Of a stretch of 64,000 nt of DNA, positions 1-18,744 are shown one piece after another. How positions within the stretch are numbered: position 1 is the first letter of the stretch; the number at the start of each line of letters is the position of its first letter. Where the stretch lies: positions 31,000,001-31,064,000 of the forward strand of contig OX597835.1 of NCBI GenBank assembly GCA_951406725.2, in the 5' to 3' direction. The DNA comes from Octopus vulgaris (Eukaryota). The notes under the pieces are model-generated. The model did no database searches. It saw only the letters and a list, made by a program, of their open reading frames with translations, and was not told the origin of the DNA. The position numbers were made by a program, and so were the translations under genes.

Positions 1-59
1 AAATATAATTATCAATGGGAATAACTAGCGAATATCAATTTAAAGAAATAACTAAGTTA

Positions 60-125
60 TGCTATTAAATTAGACATGGCCTGGACCAATCTTTAGTCGA
101 AACATATCTAAGTTTATCAAAGTTT
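60..125 (+). mobile_element. 3' tail of a CR1/L2-group-like LINE
   Basis: GCTATTAAATTAGACATGGCCTGGACCAATCTTTAGTCGAAACATATCTAAGTTT matches the reverse complement of 53745-53810, which follows a LINE ORF2 C-terminus. Confidence 0.65.
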
Positions 126-137
126 ATGTATGTATAT

Positions 138-312
138 AAAAAACAAAAGACGAAGACAGGTGGTGTACAAAACAAACAGATGTATTAGTATAAAGTTCAG
201 GAAGAGAAAATGTCTTTTACGTTCCGAGCCTAAGCTCTTCTACAGAAAGGGGCACAGAAAAAACAAGGAGAGAAAAAAATGTGTGTAGTGGCTAACGACC
301 TATCATGGTGAC
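138..312 (-). mobile_element. Penelope-like terminal repeat, family PLE-2
   Basis: Same sequence recurs at ~26680, ~32955 and ~46585; the minus strand carries a hammerhead-like motif at 214-249. Confidence 0.6.
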
Positions 313-334
313 AGCCAGACAGTTGGGTCAAGAA

Positions 335-520
335 AATTTGGATGTGTTTCGAACGAAAATTGGCCCAGTCCACATGTAACTTAATAGCACCAGAAAGGAT
401 TTCCTAAATCATTTTGAAGTCAAGATTTGTAGTATTATGGCCGATTCAAGAATGTATATTACGTCCAGTGAGTTGTGTCGAAATATAGGTGGCTTCTCTG
501 GTACGCCTTAAGTAAATTTA
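335..520 (-). mobile_element. Degenerate 3' end of the same CR1/L2-group-like LINE
   Basis: Aligns by eye with 53755-53940 (AACTTAATAGCACC, AAGTCAAG, GTGAGTTGT, GGTGGCTT-TCTGGTA). Confidence 0.6.
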
Positions 521-722
521 TATAATCATTGACTGCTCTACAGATTTCAGCCTGTGGCTGAAACCATGCTGGAGCACCAGCTAAGTGTGTTTTAGGGTCT
601 CCTTCCTGTAATGTTTTCGGTGAAGAAGCGAGTTGGGGAGAGATACTTGTCTCTGTGCCTGCTGCGAGACACTACCCTCCGTGGGTCATCTGGGATTCCA
701 GAGCGATATTTGTCCAGATGCT

Positions 723-4010
<3,288 letters not shown>

Positions 4011-4104
4011 ACCAAACCTTCTAAATCTACAAGTTTTATTGCATTTGTAATAAGAATCCCAAGGAGGACAAACCGTACCAGTATATTAATGAATATAAGC
4101 TAGT

Positions 4105-4300
4105 AGACTCGTTAGCAAGCCAAACAATATGCTTAGCAGCATTTCTTGTAGCTTTATATTCTGAATTCAAATTTCACCGAGATCTAATTTCTTTCCCATC
4201 CTTTCGGGATTGCTAAAATAAGTACCAATTAATTGCTGGGAACGATGTAATCGCCTAGGCACTTTACCCTCAACATTTTAGGCCTTGTATTTAAATTAGA
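4105..4300 (+). mobile_element. Degenerate SINE family B
   Basis: CGTTAGCA...TTCTGAATTCAAATT...CATCCTTTCGGG...AATAAGTACCA resembles the better copies at 38671 and 55509. Confidence 0.65.
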
Positions 4301-4689
4301 AATAAAAAGATAAAAAAGAGAGCGTGAGTAAAAGTATCCTGCAAAGAAGAGAAATACATCTAACAAACAATATGGCCGCCATTTCGACTGTAGAGAGAGG
4401 CAAAACAAAATGGCTTCCTCGGCGTAACTATAAAAGTCCAGCGTAATGTATAACCAAACTAGCTAACTAACTAAATTTAAATAAAGTATAATATAATAAC
4501 TAAATACCTAAAAACTGTTTAATATTAGTCCAAAACGAACACAATTATTTAAACACCATATTTTTTTAAAACCAAACTCTTAAAACATTTTCCTGCCATT
4601 TTTCGAGATGATGAAGATTCATTAAAATAATTTGGATTTTTTTTTTTTGATTCAATAATCCGTTTTATAAATTAGCGTTCACTTTTTTA

Positions 4690-7740
<3,051 letters not shown>

Positions 7741-7789
7741 AGGACGATTTCGTATATTTACCTCAAGGCCATAGATGAGGGAGACATCA

Positions 7790-8615
7790 CAATGACAGTT
7801 TACACTTTCTGTTAAACTGTAGGTAAAATATTCGGGCAAAGAAAGGTAAAAGATGGTGCAATAAGATGAAAATATACATAGTGAACTCCGGCCAGGGTCA
7901 GTCAAGGAACCCTACAGTGTGCGATTATTCTGACCACCAAAATCACAAGCCTTCGCCCACCTGTTGTTTTTCAATCTACAGATGCAGGCATTGAGTAGGG
8001 TCATTCATCTAAACCACATTTGCTACTGTTACCCATCTTTCCACAAATTCACTGGATGAGATTATCTCTCTCTCCATCCGCACGTTCCTTTCCAAGTCGA
8101 ACCTAGAAAAGTAGATGACGGTTCGACCGAAGGAGGTATTTTTCCACGATCCTTCCAACCTCACCCACCATACAATCTCTTTTGGCAAAGCCACCAGGCA
8201 GAGGAATACCGGCTACCCTTCATTGTTAAAGGTGGTTGCTTGGGCGATCCTTATAATGGACGCAATGAATAGTTGCATTCATGGCACACGCAATAACAGC
8301 CGTTTGACATAACTCCACGACTCAGCAATGTTCAGACGCTGCATAAAAACGTGATGTACGGTTTCGATGGTCTGCACGCATCCCATATAGGCATGTCTTC
8401 TGGCGCTTCCCTGCCGGTAGAATTATTTCGAACTAGAAGTACATTTCCATCGAACTGCCTGGCCAGAGATTCCTGGAAATTGCCCTTGGTAGCTGTTAGT
8501 TCAAATGCTCTCAAAATCAGACCAAATATTTCACCCTCGTTGGCGCCTAGTTTCCCCGAGAACGTCATTGCTCAACCAGAAAATTTACCTGCCAAGGCGG
8601 TGATCTGGCGGACAC
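7790..8615 (-). mobile_element. Tx1/L1-clade LINE ORF2 3' fragment (zf-RVT region), degenerate
   Basis: Minus-strand peptides NFQESLARQ, IETVHHVFMQ and KEIVWWVRL...FVERWVTVA, broken by frameshifts; homologous to 36663-37250. Confidence 0.75.
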
Positions 8616-8985
8616 GTTAGCACCCCGGACTAAATTCTTAGCGGTATTTCGTTTGCCGCTACGTTCTGAGTTCAAATTACGCCGAGGTCGACTTTCGGGG
8701 TCGATTAAATAAGTACCAGTTACGCACTGGTGTCGATATAATCGACTGAATCCGTTTGTCTGTCCTTGTTTGTTCTCTCTGTGTTTAGCTCCTTGTACGT
8801 AATAAAGGAATAGGTATTTCGTCTTTCTTTACGTTCTGAGTTCAAATTCCACCGAGGTCCGAGGTCGACTTTGCCTTTCATCCTTTCGGGGTCGATAAAC
8901 TAAGTACCAGTTGTGTACTCAGGTCGATCTAATCGACTTTCCCCCACCTCTCCCCAAATTTCGGGTCTTGTGCCTAGGTAGAAAA
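8615..8985 (+). mobile_element. SINE family B, partially dimeric copy inserted in the Tx1 relic
   Basis: Two rounds of GGTATTTCG...ACGTTCTGAGTTCAAATT...GAGGTCGACTTT...GGGGTCGAT...AAGTACCAG. Confidence 0.85.
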
Positions 8986-9019
8986 TAAAACTTATCATCA
9001 TTATTACTAAGGTAGAACT

Positions 9020-9530
9020 TCTATAGACATCATTGCCAGACCGATAGAGGGCTGTGTGTGACTTACGACAAAATAGGTACTAAGCGCCAAATTCTGGCCG
9101 TTTTTGACCCAAGATTACAGCTCCATTAAAGAGATGAGCAGCGGAAAGACATGTTTTACAAACGGAGACACTACGATTTCAATATCTAGGATAATTTCTA
9201 TGTGGTGTAAGCGCGGCGCGTATCTACGCATTAGTAAACATGGCATGCCAAGCCAGCCTTTCAGAAGGCGCTGGCGACATATGAACAGCCTGAGCAGTGA
9301 AACGCGTCCTTTCTAAAAGAAGTTAAATAGTAAACACACCAGTTTGGCCGAACATGAACAAGGCAGTGAGTTATTACGGAGGCGATGTTAGCATTCGCCA
9401 TCTCTGCTCGACATTTGAGGGATAATTTTTTTTCAGCCTTTTTCTGAGTGAGGGGGCTGGTCACCCTTCTCGTAACTTCGTTCCAGTTCTCTTCCATTTG
9501 GAAGTCCGAACCAACCCAGGACCCGAACGT
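9020..9530 (-). mobile_element. Tx1/L1-clade LINE ORF2 fragment (post-RT region), upstream part of the 7790-8615 relic
   Basis: Peptide FQMEENWNEVTRRV...KKLSLKCRAEMANANIASVI and downstream GLGMPCL; typical LSLxGR motif of L1/Tx1 ORF2. Confidence 0.75.
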
Positions 9531-9937
9531 TAATAATAATGATATCAAAAACGACTTGCTGGAGTGGAAAACAACCTACATTAATTTCGGAAAGCACGAT
9601 TACCAAAGACTTCATCCCCACCTTCAGTAATTAAACACTACAGGCTCACGATTTATTTGCTAAGAACATATGAAGTCTTTTGATCTATAACAAGCTGATT
9701 AATTATCTACAGAGAAATACTTGATTAGAAAAGGAGCAGGAACGATATGAGAAAGGGGTGTACAGTTGTAATGAGCAGGGATGGATGACGTGAATGGATC
9801 AAAAAGACAGCAAAATGGGGGAAATAAAAAATAAACCTTAGCACGATCTAGATTGATTACCGAACAACATTTCAAAATATATCACACTTTTTGAATACCG
9901 AATACAGTTACACCTAATCATCCATCCATCTACCTAT

Positions 9938-10166
9938 TTCTTTACTACCCACAAGGGGTTAAACACTGAGAGGACAAACAAGGACAGACAAACGGATTAA
10001 GTCGATTATATCGACCCCAGTGCGTAGCTGGTACTTCATTTATCGACCCCGAAAGGATGAAAGGCAATGTCGACCTCGGCGGAATTTGAACTCAGAACGT
10101 AGCGACAGACGAAATACGGCTACGCATTTCGCCCGGCGTGCTAACGTTTCTGCCAGCTCACCGCCT
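9938..10166 (-). mobile_element. SINE family B, near full length
   Basis: Reverse complement of GGCGGTGAGCTGGCAGAAACGTTAGCACGCCGGGCGAAATGC...GAGTTCAAATTCC. Confidence 0.9.
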
Positions 10167-10299
10167 TCCACCTGTCCATCTACCATCCATCTACCTGTCC
10201 ACCCATCCTCCTATACATCCATCCATCTACCCGTCCACCCATCCACCCATTTGTCCATCCACCCATCCATCCATCCTTCCGTCGATATTAACCATTTAC

Positions 10300-10660
10300 T
10301 ATTGCTGGGAGGGTTGTCTGAGGGGATTCCTCGGCCTCCATAGGGCCCTATCAGAAGCAGCAACCGTTATTACACTTTCCAGTTGGATTCTCAATCGTGA
10401 CCGACTGAGACTGTAAATAGTATCCAATCATCTCATTCTTAGTCTACCCCTAGGTCTCCTTCCTAATTGTTGGCCTGGATTGAAGATCTATTTTCGTTTC
10501 TTTGTGATTATTTCCTGTAACCGTGGCCTTTCTCCGTGAGAAGAAGCAACTCGACCTAGAGAAGCTACTTGATCGCCGATCTCTACACTGATGAGTGATG
10601 CTACCTCAAAGATCGGTCGGAGAAACCCCATTTAGATCACCTTATTCGCGGTCATTAACC
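10300..10660 (-). mobile_element. RTE-clade LINE 3' fragment, degenerate
   Basis: Minus-strand peptides MGFLRPI and RRPRGRLRMR*LDTI...ASDRALWR (RGRPxxRWxD and DRxxWR motifs). Confidence 0.65.
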
Positions 10661-10924
10661 ATTAAAATACTTCGTATATAATAGGACACACAGAAATGAA
10701 GAAGGAAAATCGAAAAGTGTATTAGACAGGAAATTAATATAAAAACTGAACGCAATGCAAGAAATAAGACACCAGATAAAAACACATTAGTAAATTCCAG
10801 CTTTGAAGGTTAGCATCAAGATAATAAAATAGAAGGTAAATGAATTAAAGAGCGAAGATAAAAAATAACAAATGAAACAAAACAAAAATTAAAATGAAAC
10901 AAGGTACTAACTGCCAAAATATTA

Positions 10925-11562
10925 ATGTTATTGAAGGCGTTGTAATGGACTCCGTATTTTGAGGATAAACCACGCTAAGAGAACACGTAGTGAGTTTATG
11001 TAGTACGAGCAAAACGCATACCCCCCCCCCCGTGTAATGGACGGTGCTGAATCATATCTGCTGAATAAAAAGCAATCAATGATTTCTCTTCATTAAAAAA
11101 TAATTAAGCATGCCTTTATTTCAATAAAATTTTTCGTTTTGTTAAACGAAGGCAAAAAAAAAAAACTTGTAGAGAAATCAAATAGTCTTCCTTTCTTTCA
11201 TGCGAAGTTTGAAGAAAATATCTCTTTTGCATCTTACTTTTTTGGGTCTCTTAAATATACTGTATTTTGTGGCATTATTTCAAGCCATCCGGCTTTTTTT
11301 GCGCAAACTGCACGTGCATTTTTCTCGCGTATGCGTAGTATCGATCGCAACAGCTGATGTACTTGCGCGTACAAATGCACGTTCCCATGGCTTTATCGAT
11401 TGCATTCTCACCTGGAATCGATTTTTGTAATTTTTTCAAGACTTATACACGCCCTGATACCGTCGGTATCTACATATCAAATTCGAGCGCAATCGGATGG
11501 AGGATGCCCGAGATTCTAGAAGACACACAGACAGACAGACATAATGGATTTTATATAATAGA
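10925..11562 (-). mobile_element. Non-autonomous Helitron-like element
   Basis: Minus strand starts TCTATTATATAAAA, followed by (GTCT)n and a CCGATTGCGCTCGAATTTGATATG core; the 3' end is uncertain. Confidence 0.55.
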
Positions 11563-11569
11563 TATATAA

Positions 11570-11870
11570 GACGCGTGGTTTGGTGATTAGGGTATTCGGC
11601 TGATGATCGTATGGCTGTGAGTTCAATTCCTGGCGGCGCGTTGTGTTCTTGAGCAAGTTACTTTATTTCACATTGCTCCAGTACACGCAGGTGGCAAAAA
11701 TGAGTAGTACCTGTAATTCAAAATGGCCAGTCTTGTCACATTAAATCTCCCCGAAACGACGTGAAGGGTACACGTGACTGTGGAGTACTCAGCCACTTGC
11801 ACGTCAATTTCACGAATTTCCATTGATCGTATCAAGTGGAACCCTTGCCGTTTTAACCGATGGAGTGCTA
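11570..11870 (+). mobile_element. tRNA-derived SINE family C
   Basis: A-box-like head, B box GAGTTCAATTCC, TTGTGTTCTTGAGCAAG; second copy at 23994. Confidence 0.85.
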
Positions 11871-11943
11871 GGCACAGTATACATTCCTGTATGTTTGCTA
11901 AATGATACAGTGCGGAATATGCGCCGATTTGCACCGTGGATAC

Positions 11944-12452
11944 CACTTACTTACTTGTACTTGTGGCGACATTCACCCTGGGTGGGTTGAGTCGGCTTCT
12001 TCTACCACCCTCGAGGCATCTCGAACCATGGCAGCCCACGCACGACGGTCCTGTGCCAGTTCACTGGAGATAGCGAGCCAGTCACGGTTCCATCGGCGCA
12101 GGCCGAGCACCTGTCTATGCGCCATTGAGAATTCACTGGAAGAAGTTTCGTGGGAATATGTGGATTTCACAAGCAGTCCCCAACAATCCCGCATGTAGAG
12201 ACATCCTGTTTGCCGCAGATTGTCCGCAGACGCAGGGACAGAACGACCGAGGAGCCGGCGGTTGCCGAACAGACACTCCGAGGATTTTCACCAGAGGCCC
12301 GTCTGCCGGGTTGTGGCCCTAATACCACTCGGTGTCCGACCAATCCGCCTTGGGTGGCCCTACTAGGAACCGAAGTTCCCGACGGCATAGCTCTGACACT
12401 ACCCGTTGCCAGCGTCCCCACTACGGTGAGGAGGGGATGGACTTTGGAGACG
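11944..12452 (-). mobile_element. Internally deleted RTE-derived element with a 9-bp TSD
   Basis: C-terminal peptide LAQDRRAWAAMVRDA, (AGTA)n tail, flanking direct repeat CGTGGATAC at 11935-11943 and 12453-12461. Confidence 0.7.
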
Positions 12453-12903
12453 CGTGGATACATACACGGATTTCTAGAATATTCAGTAGCAGAAAATAAC
12501 TGCTAAATTATTTAATGATTGCTGTTCTCTTCAGCTGAATTGCTTCGAATAGCTTTTTTTTTTCCCGAGAAATCTCTTTAGCCGTAGATAAGCGGAGAAG
12601 CTTCTAAGTTAATTGGCCAAGATCAATTAGAAACAATTGCATGTGTGTGTATGTACGGGTGTGTATACGTTTGTGTCTTACGTGTGTAAGTGCGTGTACG
12701 TGTACATATATGTGTGTGTGTGTGCGTGCCAATGAGTGAGCGTGCATGAATATGTATGAGTGTGAGTGTGTGTGTGTCTACACACATGCGCAAACATATG
12801 AAAGTAATGTTAAAGTACTGTGAAACCACTGTGATCAATATTGGAATCATCTCCTGAAACCAAATTCTTCAGCGGTGGTCCTTAACATCCCCTGTTGTAT
12901 ACG

Positions 12904-12906
<3 letters not shown>

Positions 12907-12942
<36 letters not shown>

Positions 12943-12957
12943 ATCTCTCTCTTTTTA

Positions 12958-13002
<45 letters not shown>

Positions 13003-13003
13003 T

Positions 13004-13060
<57 letters not shown>

Positions 13061-13231
13061 TTCTCTCTCTCTCTATCTTTCTCTCTCTCTATCTCTCTCT
13101 TTCTCTCTCTTTTTCTCTATCTCTCTCTTTCTCTCTCTCTCTCTCGCTCTCTCTTTCTCTCTCTTTTTCTCTCTCGCTCTCTCTCTTTCTTTCTCTCTCT
13201 CTCTCTCTCTTTCTTTCTCTCTCTCTTTCTT

Positions 13232-13328
<97 letters not shown>
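12907..13328. repeat. (CT)n polypyrimidine tract, ~420 bp
   Basis: Directly visible. Confidence 0.97.
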
Positions 13329-13329
<1 letters not shown>

Positions 13330-14074
13330 ATAAGGATTAAGTCTTCTACAGTAAAGTTCTCTTTGATCTTCCATATCTAATTCCATTCTAATATAGAATT
13401 ACATAAATATGGCATTAGTTTCTGGTGTTGCTTAGTTCAAACATTGCATAATCATGTTTGTCTCTGCGCGTGTACATTTCATATACACACTCAGAAGCGC
13501 GCACACACACACACATACACATATACAAAAATTCTGACACATACACACACATATTCAGTCACACACACCTAGAAACAGACACATACATACATACACACAC
13601 ACTCTCTCTTATACACACATACAAATACACACAAACGTGTTTACATACTTATAAATCTACCTGTCTCTGTGTCTGTCTGCTGCCTGTTTGCCTTTCTGTC
13701 TGTCTGTCTGTGCGTCAGCTTGTCTGGCCGTCTTTCTGTCTGTCTGTGCGTCTGTCTGTCTGTGCGTCTGTCTGTCTGTGCGTCTGTCTGTCTGCCTGTC
13801 TTTCTGTATGTCCGCCTGTTAGTCTGTTTAGCTTTTTCCATATATATTTAATGTACAAATTTGTAAAAAAAATTATTGAGCAGTAATTGAAACGGCTGTA
13901 AGAAGCGAAGATGACCAATTTGTTAATGATAAATGATTGTAATTTCCTTATCTCCAATTTCTTTTCTTCTATCATCTGAATATAAATCATATGTGTGTGT
14001 GTGTGTAAAACGTTTTTTCAGAATGAGATAAAAGAAAACCAAGGCTGTGAAGATTTTAGAACATTTACACATAG

Positions 14075-14126
14075 GTCTTACAGCTGTTTCCAGGATATTT
14101 ATTAATTATGTCCCTTCATCAGAGAC
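14075..14126 (-). ncRNA. Type I hammerhead ribozyme motif, intact core
   Basis: GTCT-CTGATGA-A-GGGACAT...ATATCCT-G-GAAAC-AGCT-GTA-AGAC: stem I GTCT/AGAC, palindromic stem III, GUA cleavage triplet. Confidence 0.75.
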
Positions 14127-14571
14127 GGTGTGAGAAAATGGTTACGCAATAGTTAATTTAGATAAGATACGAAATAGAGAGTGAAGTGAAGGAATGAAAA
14201 TAGATGTGAGATATGCAGGGATATGGCATTTGTAGATCCATTAACTAGGCAGAATGGCATACATGTAAGATTCCAATACCTTGTGAGTAAAATCGAATAG
14301 TATTTAAAATTGGTCATTCAAAGTATAAAGTTTGTACACAGTGCTATTGAATCAACTTTATACAAACTTTATACTTTGGAATGACTTACTTTAGATACTA
14401 TTGGATTTTATTCACAAGGTATTGGAATCTTATAAGTATAACATTCTGCCTAAAAAATGGATCTACAAATGCAATATCCCTGCATATCTCACATCTGTTT
14501 TCATTTCTCCACTTCAGTTTCTATTTCGTATCTCATCTAAATTAACTATTGCTTAACCATTCTCGCACACC

Positions 14572-14619
14572 GTCTCCGATGAAGGGATATAATAAATATC
14601 CTGGAAACAGCTGTAAGGC
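14572..14619 (+). ncRNA. Type I hammerhead motif, core mutated (CCGATGA)
   Basis: GTCT-CCGATGA-A-GGGATAT...ATATCCT-G-GAAAC-AGCT-GTA-AGGC. Confidence 0.6.
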
Positions 14620-14833
14620 CTATTTGTAAATGTTTTAAAATCTTTCACAACCTTGAATTTTCATCTCATTCTGAAAAAAAAAGTTCTATATATACACACC
14701 CTGATATATAACCTACGTTGGATTCCTTATTGGCATAATCACCGTACCTGGAGCTTAACTATGGTATATCCATAGCACTTACTCAGCATTACCTGAAACC
14801 TTTGAGTCTTACTGACACCATTACCTCGGATAA

Positions 14834-14873
<40 letters not shown>

Positions 14874-15230
14874 CATGCACACATGAGCAAACCATGCATA
14901 CACACATTTACATACATACACTTATATAAATACAGATGCACGTAGATTCAAATATGCATGTACATTTTATGCACAAAAGTGCAGACATGTCCGCTTTCGT
15001 TCATACGCATGCATATATATACGCCCATACAGAGATATGTGATATACACACATATTTACATATATGAGTATTCGAATGGCTAGAAATAGCACCAAAATTT
15101 TTAGTTATCTCATGCATTTTTGTCCTTGAGAGTTCATGCTCGATGACGTAGCTCTTGGCACCTTACTTTTAGGGAAAAGCAAGGGTGGACACTGATGGAA
15201 AGCCTTTAAACATAGATTTGATCCATGAAA

Positions 15231-15401
15231 GGCGTAGGAGTGGCTGTGTAATAAGTAGCTTGTTTACGAGCCACATGGTTCCGGGTTCAGTCCCACGGCG
15301 TGACACCTTGGGCAAGTATCTTCTACTATAGCCTCGGGTCGATCAAAGGATTGTGAGTGGATTTGGTAGACGGAAACTGAAAGAAGCCCGTCCTATATAT
15401 G

Positions 15402-15440
<39 letters not shown>

Positions 15441-15647
15441 ATTTTGTGTGTCTGTGTTTGTCCCCCCCCCTCCAACATCGCTTGACAACCGATTCTGGTG
15501 TGTTTACGTCACCGTAACTTAGCGGTTCGGCAAAAGCGACCGATAGAATAAGTACTAGGCTTACAAAGAATAAGTCCTGGGGTCGATTTGCTCAACTAAA
15601 GGCGGTGCTCCAGCATGGTCACAGTCAAATGACTGAAACAAGTAAAA
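15231..15647 (+). mobile_element. tRNA-derived CORE-like SINE family A (resembles octopus OR-type SINEs), full length
   Basis: Head GGCGTAGGAGTGGCTGTG, B box GGTTCAGTCCC, CORE-like ACCTTGGGCAAG, internal (TA)n(TG)n, tail CAGTCAAATGACTGAAACAAG. Confidence 0.9.
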
Positions 15648-15894
15648 TGGATATATTCAATGTAACTTAAACAGTATGCACACAATCAGATACACATATA
15701 TGGTCATACAGACGAACAGGCTTATACACATACAATCATACAAACATAAAGAAGCATACATACACACATGCATGGAGTCACATGCACATTTACAAAACCA
15801 CACACACGCACATGTTCAGAATCACACAACATATAATGTCAGACTCACGCATAGTCAGGTGCACACACATACACACGCACACACACAAACACAA

Positions 15895-16115
15895 ACACGC
15901 AAACACACACACACATTCAGTCTCTTTCTGACACACACACACACACACACATTCAGTTTCTTTCTGATACATACACAAATACAAAATTATACACATATTG
16001 TCATACTGTCATATCCACAGAATTACACACAGTCTTTCAAACTCATGCACATAATACACACACACACACACACACTCACACACTCACACATATAGGCATG
16101 CATGCACTGACTCAG

Positions 16116-16154
<39 letters not shown>

Positions 16155-16275
16155 TACATTCAGTCTCTTTCTGACACATACACAAATACAAAATCATACA
16201 CATACTGTCATACTGTCATATGCACAGAGATACACACAGTCATTCAAACTCAGGCATATAATACACACACAAACA
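15895..16275 (+). repeat. Local duplication of a CA-rich unit
   Basis: CATTCAGTCTCTTTCTGACAC and TGTCATACTGTCATAT...TCAAACTCA occur at ~15910-16050 and ~16155-16260. Confidence 0.7.
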
Positions 16276-16493
16276 CAGGCACACGCGCAGTCATACACGC
16301 ACATGCACAGAATCAGACGCACTCGCGCGCGCAAACACATACAGGCAAATGTTGTAGTCATCTTCAAGACATCGTTAAATATCTGTCCCTGTCTCCACCC
16401 AACCCAACCGCCATATTCCACCAATTTCTCTATTATTAATTAAGACGAATATCTTAATGACCACCGAATGGCCGTCCTCAACGGTTAACTGAG

Positions 16494-16543
<50 letters not shown>

Positions 16544-16641
16544 TAATAATAATGATAGTAACAACAACAATAACCAATATAATGATGCTAAAGAAGGTGA
16601 TTATGATGATGATGATAATCACATTAATATTATTGTTAGTT

Positions 16642-16693
<52 letters not shown>

Positions 16694-16772
16694 TCAGCAG
16701 CAGCAGCAGAAGAAAAAGAAGAAAAAGAAAAGAAAAAGAATCAGATCCTCATCCTCCTCCTCCTCCTCCTCC

Positions 16773-16824
<52 letters not shown>

Positions 16825-16893
16825 TATCATCATCATTATCATCATTATTATTATCATAATTATTATTATTATTATTGCTGTTGTTATTATTAT

Positions 16894-16926
<33 letters not shown>

Positions 16927-17030
16927 TAGTAGTAGTAACCAGACGCGTCTGATATCACATGCCACGCACCATGATCGCATTCACATGTGCACGTGAGTGT
17001 CTATGTATATCAGTATTTACATACACACAC

Positions 17031-17096
<66 letters not shown>

Positions 17097-17432
17097 ACAT
17101 ATACATAATAATACACATACACACACACGTATATCTATAAAGAACATTATAAATCTTACCTCACCTATGTATGTATATATGTATATATCTATATATATGT
17201 GTGCGTATGTATATATGTATGTATATATATATATATGTAATATAGATATATATGTGTACATACATATATACATATATGAGTACACTTACATATATCTTCA
17301 TACATACGTGTATACGTGCATGTGTATATCTGCATCTAAACTGATACAGGCAATTGCACACTAACACAGAAATAGTAACATGGTGCCCCAACGCTGACAA
17401 ATGCAAAAACCAAACGCACAAATATACACAAA

Positions 17433-17463
<31 letters not shown>

Positions 17464-18713
17464 AGATACATACACAATCACAAACACATACAAACAACAA
17501 AGAAAACACGCGTACATAATATACATACGCTCAGTAATTTCGCAACAAGAGCTTAGTACGTTACCTTCTAATGTTACATTAATTAACTGTGACTTTTGTA
17601 TTATCTATCCATGATCAATGAGTAAACCGTTTAAAGTAATTAAATGCCAACTTAATTAGCTGCTTGATTAAGATCATGACTGCTAACGGAAGCTGAGCTT
17701 GGCTGTCATTTTCCCCATCATTAAAGATGAGGAACATTACTTTAGAATCAACAATATGATCGTGCGGAGGGTAACTCATAAACAGAAATATGCATAATGG
17801 CCAAGTTATTATGTATTTATGATTGCTTGCTGTTGTTGTTGCTGTTGTTGTTGCAGTAGTGGTTGTAGTGGTGGTGGTGGTGGTGGTGGTGGTGGTGGTG
17901 GTGGTGGTGGTGTTTGTTGATGAAGCTGAAACTTCAGTGTTTGCAGAGTGGTTTATATCACACTTTGATCATAAATAAAAACACCGACAAACGAACGATA
18001 TATGAATTCGATATGTATCATTGTATGTATGTATGCATGCACGTATGTATGTATGTATGTATGTATGTATGTATGTATGTATGTATGTATTTACGTATGT
18101 ATGTAAGTATGTATGCATGTATGTATATATATATATATATATATATGTATACACACATACACACGCATATATGTATATATATACATATATACATCTATAC
18201 ATCTATATGTATATATATATGTATATACATATATACATATATATACATGAGATGGAAGTGTATGTGTGTGTGTGCGTAGATATATCTGAATATACGTATG
18301 GATGGATGTGTCTGTATGTACGTGTAAAGGTAAATGAATATATACATATGTATCTATGCATAGGAATATATATTATATACTAGTTATTTATGTATACATA
18401 AATATATGAATATATATTTATACATACATGCATATCTTCCTATACATGTTCACATGCGCATAATTAACGCACGCACCCACGTATATGCATATATACATAT
18501 ATAAGTATTGCTTATTGCGGATTATCCCTACACACCAAAATATGTATGCTATTCATATACGCATACATACATATATACATATATGTATATATGTGTGTGT
18601 GCGTGTGTGTATATACATATATATATTTATATATATATACATATAACTGCGAGCTAATATATGCGATATGATTCATATACATACATACATACATACATAC
18701 ATACATACATACA

Positions 18714-18744
<31 letters not shown>

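Larger units (their letters stand above)
14013..14682. mobile_element. ~670-bp imperfect palindrome made of two head-to-head Penelope-like terminal repeats (family PLE-1)
   Basis: 14013-14342 is the diverged reverse complement of 14355-14682; each arm carries a hammerhead motif; a partial copy lies at 29245-29370. Confidence 0.8.
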
